A stretch of DNA of 64,000 nt from Epiperipatus broadwayi (lineage: Eukaryota; Animalia; Onychophora): the NCBI GenBank assembly GCA_028023455.1, contig JAQFVV010000010.1, positions 13,826,001 through 13,890,000 on the forward strand, written 5' to 3'. Of the stretch, positions 52,322 through 64,000 are shown piece after piece. Position numbers and translations under genes: made by a program. The notes below the pieces were generated by a model. It did no database searches and was not told the origin of the DNA. It saw only the letters and a list, made by a program, of their open reading frames with translations. Every line of letters starts with the position of its first letter. The stretch's first letter is position 1.

Positions 52322-53216
52322 CCATGTTTCCCCAAAAATAAGACTGGGTCTTATATTAATTTTTGGTCTTATTTTTTCATGTACAAAAATATATTTATTT
52401 AAGTACAAAAATATATATTCAAATATTTCTCTTTACAGAAAGCTATAAGATTGTTATTCCCAGAATCCCCCGCCACCCATTATCTTTCTTGTACTAGTTG
52501 GAATAATTCTCTTTTTGCACTCATTTTATTTGGCAACCAGAATATTATTCCTTTTAAATTCACCATTATATCAAGTGTTAATTGAAGACTTGCAGAGACA
52601 GATGTACAAAAATGGTGATTACAGTTCACATAAGCAACAAAAAAAATGCAAGCCCAAAAATTCAGAAAATGTTTCTGTATTCTTTTTAAAAACTTTTCTT
52701 TAGAAGAAAAGGTTGATGATTTAACTTAAACCAAAGTATGATTATTAAAATCTCTTCCATTATTTATAATCTTTTAGGAGTAAAAAAAATGTTTAAGAAA
52801 TAAAACTAATTTTTCTTGAATGTTTAAAAGCTACCATGATGAAACTCTAAAACTAAATCAAGAATTATTCTAAATCTAAGTATTAAATATAAATAAGTAT
52901 CTAAAATTATATAGATGAACTTGTGGTTGGTAGATAAATTGTTTCTCTATATAGGTAGAATTACGTTAAGTCGAAAATGATCGATGGGAAAATATAAAAG
53001 AATCATAATATTTATATTACCATTTATTTAAAGGATTACTGTCAATAATATTGTTTATTTATACATTTATTACATTATAATTTAATCCATTGTGTGTCAA
53101 TGGACTGACGATCTTAATTAGGGATTACATCTGTAGTAGGGCTTATATTATAAGCATCCTGAAAAATCGTGCTAGGGCATATTTTCTAGTTAGGTCTTAT
53201 TTTCAGGGAAACATGA
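52322..53216. mobile_element. Non-autonomous Tc1/mariner (Tigger/pogo-like) element
   Basis: TIRs CCATGTTTCCCCAAAAATAAGAC / (rc) TCATGTTTCCCTGAAAATAAGAC, 20/23 identical. TA at the left end; right end degraded. Confidence 0.75.
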
Positions 53217-54141
53217 TTCTTAATTATCAATAGAATTTTTTTTGAAAACCCTAGTAACAATATTGATATTTTTCGGTTTTATTTTTTTTATATAAGCAAA
53301 TGTGATTTTATACAATTGATTTCAAAATTTATTTTTGAAAATTAAAAACTTCTATAAGTTAGTCATCTTTATAGCGTTTCATAGAAATGGCTTATTCTGA
53401 ATGAATGATGTAAGACTCACCAAACACAAGGAGTGGTAGTATAAATGACAAAACATTTTGTTTCCAAATCAGTATTTTGGTTGGAAGACCAAATCTTTAG
53501 TACCTAGTGTTATTTCCATGATGTCCAATGTAGCTGCATAAAAGTGATTAACGGGTCACATTAATCTATGGCATTGTGAGGTTTTTAAAGTATATCCCAA
53601 TAAAATATAATTGCTTGAACTTTGAAAGCACTATAAATCAAACTGCTCAATGTAATATTTGATTTTATTGGAAGATGCTGTTGAATATATATGTATACAA
53701 TATCATATGATCATTATTCCAAAAAGATATATTTTTTATAATGAGCCATCTACATAACAATGGGTAGATATAAGAACCGATGACATTGCAGTCAAGATAG
53801 AGGAGCAGATTTCAAGTAAATCACAAAAAATTGTAATTTATTACAGAACAATATAATATCAGCACACTACCCTTTGTCAACTGTAAGATATCTTATTTCC
53901 AATGAATCATTGCAATGCCAATGAGGAATTAATTATCCTATTTTTTTCTCATGGTAGAAATGTCCATTAACATTGATACTATTTAACGAATCTTTAGATA
54001 TTATCTTGGATTACCATCTCAGCTTGGCATTAAATATGTCTGTCTAACTGCATTGTTTCAACAGTAATTGCTAATGTTTTTTTTAAAAAAAACAATCCAA
54101 TTACTTTCATGCTCATGTTCAACTATGATTTGATACATGAA

Positions 54142-54650
54142 TAGGGTGACCAGACTGGTTCGATCAAAAATAGGGTCATGATGACAATCATTTTTACAGC
54201 ATTGCATCCTTTTTTAATAAAACGCCATTTCTGTGTATATTCATTGTTGTAAGTACACTTCCTCTATGGCATGTTGTCTATTATTTAGAGTTATTAATAT
54301 CCTATTTTATCACTAGAAAATTAATATCAACAAAGAACTAGTAAAACTACATTGTCAATCAAAGCAGATGCAAATGCCATTCAAATTTTAGGCTAACTGT
54401 GAATGTATTTAACTTGAGAACTCAGCCATATAACATAATGGCGATCTTTGTTTTAGTGTTGGAATTTGTCTGAAGTTTTTATAATCTTACTGTAGAGAGA
54501 CTGAAATGGACAAAGAGAGTCAAGACAAATAATAATGAGTATTTGAAAATCGGGACATATAACGGTCCCAAAAAGACATTTCGGGGATACTGGAACATTT
54601 AATCAAAAATAGGGACAAATCCCAAAAAATCGGGACATCTGGCCACCCTA
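54142..54650. mobile_element. Non-autonomous hAT element (Tip100-like ends)
   Basis: TIRs TAGGGTGACCAGA / TCTGGCCACCCTA, subterminal GGGAC repeats, and a perfect 8-bp TSD TACATGAA (54134-41, 54651-58). Confidence 0.92.
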
Positions 54651-55019
54651 TACATGAACCAACTTACTATAGATAAGTCTATGATCATTTTCTTGTGGTT
54701 TACATCTACTTTCCAGGTTGGTGACAGTTTTAGGCAATGACCTTTTTGCCTCTCTAATTAACATGAATCATGGCTTGCTAGATGGCACATTTATGTTACT
54801 TGCAACTCGATGAAAGATTGACCGTGAGCTTTTATAAATTATATATCAACTGCTCATACTTGCAGATTTCTGTGCAGATTGTTATATTGTATATATAAAA
54901 GTGTTTTTAGTTATATAAAGATAATGTATTTATACTTTCATCTTCATTAGTCCATTATAAAATGAAGTGACCAAAAAAAAAGTTTGATTACAATATAATG
55001 GCATTGAAAGAAATGTCTA

Positions 55020-55200
55020 ACTCGGCCCCATATCACCAATGTTTTCCAAGATAATTTGTATAACAGAAATGAGGTCTGATTTTGATTTCCCCATCAAAAC
55101 TAGACTCAAGTTCCCCTTCGAAATGCTGTTTTGGGATCTTGTAAGCTTGAAACATACCAATTGGTCGTATAGTCTCACAATTATATATACTCTTACAATA
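55020..55200 (-). mobile_element. Degenerate LINE RT remnant (RTE-like)
   Basis: NCETIRPIGMFQAYKI and GKSKSDLISVIQIILEN resemble RT subdomains 1-2. Probably part of a larger relic (~53400-55300) into which the hAT element inserted. Confidence 0.45.
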
Positions 55201-56654
55201 TTGTGAATCACAAGTTAAATATTTATGTGCAGTGATAGGATCCTTATTTCAATTCCATACAATAATATTAATTGAATAATAGCCCATGCATCTTCTTTAA
55301 TTTAAGTAATTATATCTTATTTCCAAAGAATTCACATTCTTAAGTTGACAACCATCCAAACTAAAAATGTCCAAAGATTTTTTTTATGCCATTGGTTTAC
55401 AAACAATTGCATGTATCTGTTCTTATATATATTTGCTTGCATGTCATTAAATTAATCATATATTCTATTTACTCTCAATCTACTTGTGGGCAACAATTTT
55501 AAATATATTTTTAAAAAAGAATTCATCAGATGAATTCTCAACCATTATTTCAAGAAATTTCCAATGAATGTTATAAGCATTAATTAAGACAATATATTTG
55601 TTAATTGGCTTTCAGTAAAAGGATAAATTGGCATGGATTAACGTGGTGAACAGCAAGTTATAATGCTGATTCATGTAACTAGTTTCTGTTCATTTAGACT
55701 TCTGAAAGCAATTGAATTTATCACAATTTAATTCCTTCCGTGGAAAAGGCCAAATAACCAGAAACTCATTGTGAGATCTCACTATCATCTACTTTTCATT
55801 GACATATATTATTTATGAGATTGGATATAGAGTGGAAATAAGAGATAGATTACAATTTTCTAAGAAACAAATTTAAAACACTTTTAAGAATTATTTTGAT
55901 TTTATAAAAATAATGTTTAGTTTCTCAATCTTATAATTGCTGCCCATAAGAAAACAATACAATATTATGATTAACTCGATGCTTCTTTGGTGTTATAATT
56001 ATTAGCATTGTATTATTTTAGTTTTCATTCGTTCAATGCTTTTGTTTGTACATTAATCTTTAATGTCTGTTATTTATTATTTTTGGTGTTTGTCGAAATT
56101 TGAGTGTTTGTGTTATTGTAACAAGACATAACTGCAACAGCATGGGAGAAATGCCACATCTGCAATGTTATCTTTTGTTTTTTGAATTGGTGTGAATTTG
56201 GTGAGACTGTTAGTGGTTGTCATCAATTTACTTCACCATTTGTATTAAAAATGAGTCTTCATTAAGCAGCATGTGCAACCCATTCACAAAATTTCATCCA
56301 TTGATGGGGATTTTTACTAATAATCTTTATATGAATTGAAGTTCAATTATATAGCCTTAATAGATGCTATTTCTTGACTTTTTTTTTTTTTTTAGTAGTT
56401 TGGGACGAAATGATTTTTCGGAACTCCAGATACAAGGACCACAGTTTTCAATTACTATGTTATTATCCATTGCTTTAAAGCTCTTCTGTGGAATTTATTA
56501 TCTGTGCATAATAACCAGCTTCCTAAAGTATTTTATTATTAGCCCATACTCTGGATGCAATCTGTTGAATGTTTCTTCAATTGATGTTCTGATTGAGTTC
56601 TGCAGGTAGAATTATTTGAATGACCTTTCTCATGCTCAATTCTGTAAAAATATA

Positions 56655-57395
56655 TATTTCTATCATCTAATATTAAATTTTGAATGTCTTTAGAAAAATT
56701 TAACTTTATTTAAATTTTCCAATTACATTCAACTGTTACTAAAAAGCACATGGGTTAATATATATATATACAATATTTTGAGCAGTATTCTCTCTTTTTC
56801 AAGTGTTGCTGGCCTGACCAATGATAGTATTATCATGGGAATCAAACCTGGGCCTGGAGATTCTTGAGTATTGAATTTTAAAGAACATTAATCAACAGAG
56901 TCATCCTACCAAAAGCAAGTCAGTAGAAATTTTATTTACTTATCTATGATGTTCTTATTTCTCCATTTTTTTCCTAAGAACAAAGTTAATTAGTGTTTTC
57001 CAGACATGTATGGTCACACTAGGTTGACTTATGAGGTTATTTGCTATGTGAACAGCTTCTTTGAATTTTCTTCTTTGTACTTTTTTACCCTATCCAATAT
57101 TTTAGTATTTTTCCAATCAAACATATGTTCATTGGTACATACGTATTCTGCTACTGTTGTCTGTTTTCTAATCATCAATTTATGCTCGTGCAATTGCTTT
57201 TCAAAGTAGTAACTTGTCTCACTATTATATGTCCTTCCACATTCATATGGTATGTCATAGATGCAGTTTTTGCTTTTCAGCATTTGAGTTTAGGCTTTAT
57301 TGATGTTAGAATTGTTTGTAATATGTGGTATGACTTTAGAAAACTGCTTTGATATTATATTGATTGCAGATTTTCATCATTTGGTCTATTCCTGA
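56655..57395 (-). mobile_element. Inverted arm of a Penelope-like element (GIY-YIG, degenerate HHR, terminal repeat)
   Basis: ORF-track entry 57044-57283 (KNCIYDIPYECGRTY.SETS..FEKQLHEHK...HMFDWKNTKILD) is a PLE GIY-YIG remnant. 56655-56765 matches 63440-63557. Confidence 0.85.
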
Positions 57396-58493
57396 TAAAG
57401 AAGATTAAATAATGATAATAGCTTACAAATTAGAACAGACTTCCTATTGATGGTTCTATTAACATTTTAAATAACATATTTTTGATACATCACTGAATTC
57501 TTCCAGCAAAATCAAGGGATAAGTATGAGCTCACCATTGTCATCCTGATTTATAATATTTACATAGAAAAGCTTGAAACCGCAGCCATAAAGATTACTCC
57601 ATATTCACCTAAACTTTGACTTTGCTATGTTGATGATACAGTTGTTCTATGGGTTAAGCACTACTAAAAATTTTCTGGAAACACATCAACATATCCTGTC
57701 AATTAAAGTCACAATAGAATCGGAATAAGAACAAAAATTGGCATTCTTAGATGTTTTTATAACAAGATTTCCTCATGACAAAATTACAGTTTACAGAAAA
57801 CCCGCATAAACAGGAAAATATTTAACATATAAATCCAATCAACCATGGAATTTCAGAACAAAAGGAGTTTATTCCAAAACCAGTGATGTTGGGGAAAAAA
57901 TTTATATAGAACAAATTCGTGAAGAATGGTTATCAATTGTCATTAAGAAAACCTTAAATAGACAATAAAAACATCAAATGAAAATGTATCCATATATAGC
58001 AGACAAAGAAAATCTGTAATCAATATAACATCAGAGCAGCTTTTCAGAGTCATACCACACTACAAGTAATTCTAGTATCAACAAAGCCTAAATTTGAAAT
58101 GCTGTAAACCAAAGACTGCATTTATGAAGTGCCATGTAGAAGGACATACATTGGTGAGACCAGTCACCATTGAAAAGCAATTGCAAGAGCACAAACTGAT
58201 GATTAGAAAAGAAGAAACAGATGTGTCTAAAGTAGCAAATCAGGTATGTATCAATAAATATAAGTTTGATTAGGAAAATACAAAAATTTGGTAGAGAGAG
58301 AAAGATACAAAGAAAACAATTCAGCTGCTCACATGCTAGTGTGACTATACATAATGTCTGAAAAACACTAATTAACTTTGCTCATAAGAAAAAAATTGAG
58401 AAATCAAGAGGAACCTCATAGATAAGTATATAGTTGGTTAGAGGTTACCTTAAAATATTCAATAATTTAAAGGTCTGTGAAGAAGATGGGATA

Positions 58494-59050
58494 ATCACAT
58501 GATCACCATTTCTTATGCTTGCTCATAACTTATTAAAACAGGCAAAACTCTCCATAAAGTAGTGCCACTCAGTGCAAGCTAGAATAATAATAGTTATAAG
58601 CAAGCATAAGAAATGGTGGTCATGTGATGTTTAGTGATTTAATGCCAATCCTGCCTAATAGGATAGTGGTGGCTATAGTTATTAAAGAACCAAAGACATC
58701 AAAATGTATTGGTACTGAACTGAGTTCAGCCTTATATGACTATATAAGCCAATGAGCTTGGATTGAAAATATTTTTGTGTTTTCCAATTTTATTCTCATA
58801 GTTTTATAGTTAAGTAGAGATAAAAGGTGGCTGTTTGGGGGGGGGGGGGGCATTAGATCCTAAGATCTAGGTGCAGTGCTCTCAGATCCATGGCTCCTCA
58901 CTGATGAAAGCCACAAGCTAGAAACTAGTCTGGGGATATTGGATGAGTATGCACTAGATAGGGATTTTATGCACAAGCCTTGTGACATCCATTGATTACT
59001 TTGGCTTGCACTGAATGGCACTACTGTATGGAGAGTTTTGCCTGTTTTAA
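58494..59050 (+). mobile_element. Retrozyme-like non-coding element, family 2 (~463-nt monomer plus inverted arm)
   Basis: Forward run 58585-59050. The inverted arm 58494-58579 spans the end-to-start junction of that run, indicating a tandem or circular template. Imperfect 11-bp TSD AAGATG(G/A)GA(T/G)A at 58483-93 and 59049-59. Confidence 0.75.
58896..58935 (+). ncRNA. Minimal type I hammerhead motif
   Basis: CCUCA CUGAUGA A-AGC-CACAA-GCU-A GAA A-CUAG-U C / UGGGG. Intact core, palindromic ACUAGU stem III, A.A mismatch at the base of stem II. Predicted cleavage after 58930. Confidence 0.7.
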
Positions 59051-62000
59051 GATGAGAGAATAATACTCAAAATGTATATACTAACCTGTGTGCTATTACT
59101 AACAGATGAATGTAATTGGAAAATTTAAATAAAATATTTGTTGAAAGACATTTAATATTAAACTCAAATGCTATATTATAAAACTTCAGGCAAATACTAA
59201 TCTTATAATGATGAAATTACATGATATTCTATATAAATGGCACAGACGTAATGTTATTATTATATGTATAATTCTATCATTCTTACAAATACAAATGAAT
59301 ATACTAATTCTGTTTCATGATGTCAAAATATTAGGGAAATTATAATTTATATTACATGCATGTTTGATTTTATTTATAATGTTAGTGCATTTAATGACCT
59401 TAGAGAAAAAATTTTCTTTGCATTTTGACATTGTTGTACTCCATTGAAAGTAGATGAATGTCAAAGATCTGAAATTCTAATGAGATTCTTTTTATTCATG
59501 TTAGAATAATGCTACTTCAGCATTTATTGAAAACTATTGAATTTCACCATTATAATTTAGAGAAAAAAAGTATTTTTATCACCCAGCATACTTGTGCACT
59601 ATTTTAAAATAAAGAGATGAATATTAAAATGAAATCGTATTAATCCTTTATTGAAAGGAAAGGCCATTAGCAAATAAAAAAATTTACATCAAGTGCTAAA
59701 TAATTTTTAGTATTAAAATAATTGTGATGCTTTACATAATATTAGTTTTTTTTTGTTATTGTGGGAATTCGATCATGTTAAAATATTGCTACCAACAAGG
59801 AAATCCAATTTTACTGAAGGGTGCAAATGTAACTTATTTGTAAACGTAAAATTAATTATTAATTTAAAATGAAAATGAAAGCCACTAGAATAAGAGTCCA
59901 GCTTAGAAAAATTGTGTATGACAACGGTATAACACAAACCTATGGATACCAGCAGATATTACCACTTTTGGTTCTCTGGTTACAGATTAATAACTTAATT
60001 AGATTAATAATTTACATGGTAATAATTCAATAATATAAAAGTGCTTGTTTTTTTAAATAATTCTTGTTATTGAAAACTTTAATATTAATAATTATATCTA
60101 GTATTGGATATATTTTTCCAGTACAATGTCTTTAAGCAGCAGTAATAGAAAAAAATAAATATCTGATGATTAGTTTTCTCCTTCACTTTATTAAATATAA
60201 GTATGATATAACTTTAATGTCAAATGTAATGTATATATATGAAATATGCTTTGCATATTAAATACTTATTTTTTCTATTTGTATAGCAGAAATTTTTATA
60301 ATCAAAAAATTAACATTTACCTTTTTTTCTTAAAGTTTATTTCTAAAAATATTCTGATAACTTGAGCAATTAAAGTTTATCTTTTTTAAAGATCAGCTAC
60401 AGTAAATGTTGCTTTTAAAAGTTGTCTAAAGTTTTAGTTACTGTTCTTTAAAAGCAAAAGTGAAAATATAATATTAAATATTTCAATCTACAAAGAATGA
60501 GAGAAAGAGTATCTTTAAACTTGGTTGATATAGGTAGAAGATACCACTTATTTTTGATAGTATGTCATCAATTTTCAAATCCAAAGAAAAGCTTTTGGAA
60601 CAAGTTTATCTGTAGAGTATGAAGTTTTAAGTGAAAATCATTACCTTGATTGTGTATTAGTGAAAAAAATTCAGGCTACAAAACTAAATGGCATACCGTT
60701 AGAATACATCTGACTTATTAATTAACATAGGTATGCATGTGTTAATTTATTTCCTGTAATAACTATTATTATTTTAATATGCATATTAGTAACCCCTTGC
60801 AATTTTTTTCTGAATTTTAAATTGTAATATCTGATGTTGTAATTGTTATATCAAATATCTTCAATTTAATTGTAAGTAAGCTAGGTTAATTTTTTTTTCT
60901 TTTTTTGTAAAAAAAATATATATGACAACATGTCCTCCTGTTTTGTGTAAGTTAATGTAGTAAAATCTGAGTCAAGAGTTCAAGATTCATGGATTGCAGC
61001 TCATCTGGCATTTCTAATGCTTGAATTTCATGTGATCGCCCAACATTAATTTATTCACATCTTTTACTTACTAAAGACTACTAAACTGAAATAGGTAAAT
61101 GTGTTAAATTCATAGTGCAAATAAAAGTTTATTTCTTTCTGGGTAATAACATGGTATGGAATAAATGTTTTTATGCTTCTAGATTGGGATAAGATAAAAT
61201 ATTCTCCCCACCATGCGTGCTAAATTCATTGAAAGAAGGACCAGAAATTAATTAATGATCAAATTTATTGGTAGAATATTGAAAATTTGATCTGATAAAG
61301 TATTATACAAGTTATGATAAACTTGCACTGAAGAGATAACTATACATATATTCCCTTTTCTGAATAATATTTATGGTTCTTCACCAGAGAAAACTTTTAT
61401 TTCATTTATGGAAAATATTACATGCAAAAATTATTGAAATATATATATTGTATTTTCCAAGTTTTCACAGAAATTATGTATTTGTTTTAGAAAAGGACAA
61501 TAAGATGATTATCTAATTCTTACAAACAAATTTTAAAAAAAGTTCTGGTCAACTATAACTGAGCATAGTTCTGGTTATTACCAGATCCTTAATAGTATTC
61601 CAATTTCCTCTTAGAAAAGTGTATTTGATCAGAATACCCCAAGAAACATTGCTAAAATGTGGTTTGCATATGGAATCTTTGTCAGTTATTGAATATTACT
61701 ATACGGACAACATTCTTATGTAAAATTTTTTTTTTTTTGGCAAATGAAAATGGTACTAAGCATTATGTTCTAGTGTTGAGATAATTATATATATTTAGAT
61801 TCTTTAATATGCATATAGCTATTGTAGAAGGTTCATTTATGTGTTGAATGATATTAAACTCTTATACTTTTTAATGAAGGTAACTGTTTTCATTGAATTC
61901 ATAATACGAATAGATCTTCATTAAAGTTTAGAGTTAATGATTTGTATATTTTTTTGAAGATTCCCAATTGCTTGTAATAACTGAGAACAGATATTCTACT

Positions 62001-63425
62001 GATGAATTAGTGAACAAGGAGATAGAAGAAATTTTTTATATCGTTGTAATAAACTTACATTAACTGCCTAAAAATTTTTACAATACCTTGGCGAAAGTCC
62101 CTAAATATTTTTAAATACTTCAAACACTAATATTTATAACTATTTTGACTCATTTGGAAATTGCAGGTGATAATGTTCTTATCGTGAGATTGGTTTTTAA
62201 GCTTCATGCATATGTTTCATAGCATTATAGACAAATATGGTTTATGTTTATTTAGATAATATGAAACCAGATGAAAAAGTTTTTCGGAAAAAAAATCATG
62301 ATATAGAAAAGATACAATGTATATTAAACAGATATTAATATGATTTTTAGAATCTCTGAGAAAAATATTAGACATTAAATATGCATCTTAAAAGAGTAGT
62401 CGCTTTTGATTCACCCATAACCTTAGCAAGCTTTTATTTCATCTAGAGACATATAGTTGAGAGACATGCCAAATTATCTTGAGTAAATTATTGTGTGATT
62501 AAACTTATTGTTTTTAATATACATTGGAAACATTAACAAAATTGTCTATTCTTATACTAAGTATTAACAAAAAAATTAAATCTTTAGATAGAGCTTTGGA
62601 TAACATGGAATGTATGTGAAAGTTTACAATGATCTGTGGTTCTTTTATGTGTTCAGTTTAGATCTACACATGATATGAAATTTTTAAAAAATCATTTCAC
62701 CGATTCTAATGGGATATAATGGCTAAATATTGTTTGACTCTTAATTTGGAAAAATAAAGCCGTGAAATATGCCTTTAAAGATCTAGTCTTTGTCTGAACA
62801 CTGATAAACTTCCATTTTCCCAATATGGAGATAGGATCTTGAGATATGGAATATATTGAAAAGATTATAAAAAGAACCATTTCCAGCTCAGTATTGTTCA
62901 AAAAAGCTCTAAAATCTTAGAGTTGATCTTGGCAGAGAGAAACTCAAGTGGCCTAGGAATAATAATCTCTGGTTGAGAAACTGGATAGATTATAAGTAGG
63001 AAAATTTGAAATCTAAATTTATTGACCATTCACAATAGACAAGCAAATATACATAAACTGTTTAGCTCATTTTTGATGAAATATTCCATATGAATATACG
63101 TCCAGAATAATTTACAAATATCGGAAACAAGAAGATAATCTATCCATGCAAACATAAATAGTAATTATAATAAATAATGAAATTAATGAACTCACAAATA
63201 CAGTTCCATGATAGTCTTATAGGATTAAAGGCCATCAGTACCCAGAAAAATCCTACAAGTTAGGAGCAAAAGTTATTTTCCTAAGACAGTAATGTATAAT
63301 AATAATTTACTTTTTTAAAAATTAGTTGGTTTATAAAACATTAATGATTGCATTTTACTTTCTTATTCAGAAGGATTGACAAGGTATTTCTGATTGTGCT
63401 TAGGAGAATATTGAGAGGTAATATA

Positions 63426-63825
63426 TATTTTTATATTGGACTATTTCCATCATCTAATATGTGTGTTGAATGTCTTTAGAAAAGTTTAATTTTATTTAAA
63501 TATTCCAAATGCATTCAACTGTTAGTAATATCACAGCAAACAGGTTAGTATATGCACTAACACCTGAAGAAGAGGGGAGAAAAATACCTCTCGAAACGTT
63601 GTGCATATACTAACCTGTTTGCTGTGATATTACTAACAGTTGGTGCATATACTAACCTGTTTGCTGTGATATTACTAACAGTTGAATGCATTTGGAATAT
63701 TTAAATAAAATTAAACTTTTCTAAAGACATTCAACACACATATTAGATGATGGAAATAGTCCAATATAAAAATACAGCTAGAACACCATCATCACAAACC
63801 TTCAGAAAAACACGAAATATATATT
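63426..63825 (+). mobile_element. Young PLE terminal-repeat insertion with perfect 132-bp inverted arms
   Basis: 63426-63557 is the exact reverse complement of 63643-63774. 63601-63642 is a 42-bp tandem duplicate of 63643-63684. Same family as 56655-59140; right end approximate. Confidence 0.85.
63561..63603 (+). ncRNA. Minimal PLE-type hammerhead ribozyme
   Basis: CAC CUGAAGA A GAGGGG-AGAAAAAUA-CCUCUC GAA A-CG-U U / GUG. Intact core with an extra A after A9, 6-bp stem II, palindromic AACGUU stem III, 3-bp stem I. Predicted cleavage 63600|63601. Confidence 0.75.
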
Positions 63826-64000
63826 GTATATTTCTTTTAAATTTGTTTACAATATAACTGGTTAATTATATTTTATATTCTTGAAGTTGTTTTTGTTTTA
63901 TTTTATAACATGTATTGATTGATGTAAGCCATCAGATTCAAATTCTTGTCAGTGGAGCAAGCTGAAAAAATATTTCTCGGGCTGTTGAATTATCCATTGT

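Larger units (their letters stand above)
57400..59140 (+). mobile_element. Penelope-like element relic (RT, GIY-YIG, terminal repeat), interrupted by retrozyme family 2
   Basis: FFQQNQGISMSSPLS; CYVDDTVVLW (57623-57652); KLAFLDVFITR; TVYRKP..TGKYLTYKSNQP; CIYEVPC.RTYIGET. 59074-59130 matches the sequence downstream of the 63564 HHR. Confidence 0.88.

Noticed and set aside
56820-56860. B-box-like GGCCCAGGTTTGATTCCC suggesting a second SINE
   Set aside because: It lies within the PLE inverted arm next to the HHR relic, and no A-box or tail is evident.
60561-60713. 50-codon frame after an AG as a possible terminal exon
   Set aside because: No recognisable homology and no partner exons found.
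247-62901. The many 60-110-aa ORFs in the track as independent genes
   Set aside because: Low-complexity F/I/L/K/Y-rich translations typical of AT-rich non-coding DNA, or frames overlapping TE relics or the DCAF5 exons (e.g. 44692-45015, 45237-45422). No recognisable domains apart from the TE remnants listed.
1-64000. CRISPR arrays, rRNA genes, prokaryotic operons
   Set aside because: None seen; the sequence is spliceosomal-intron-containing eukaryotic DNA.

Overview
Very AT-rich eukaryotic (animal, probably arthropod-like; inference) genomic DNA. One host gene is recognisable: the 3' two-thirds of DCAF5/WDR22, a WD40 DDB1-CUL4 substrate receptor, on the + strand. It has six coding exons (4971-45452) whose splice sites and reading-frame phases join cleanly; the 5' exons lie upstream of the window. 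Introns and the 3' flank are full of mobile-element debris: RTE-type LINE fragments, a ~100-nt tRNA-Gly-derived SINE (3 copies), several non-autonomous DNA transposons (hAT, pogo/Tigger-like, GG-ended) and at least four Penelope-like element (PLE) loci. The most interesting signal is a set of type I hammerhead ribozyme (HHR) motifs. They occur in PLE termini and in two related non-coding tandem/circularly permuted elements (monomers of ~435 and ~463 nt, retrozyme-like). These two small elements share a conserved ~28-nt motif and a recurring tail-outward two-arm insertion architecture. One has inserted inside the HHR of a PLE. In one young PLE-terminus insertion, two junctions fall exactly at the predicted ribozyme cleavage site. 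All identifications were made by eye; no database search or folding computation was run.
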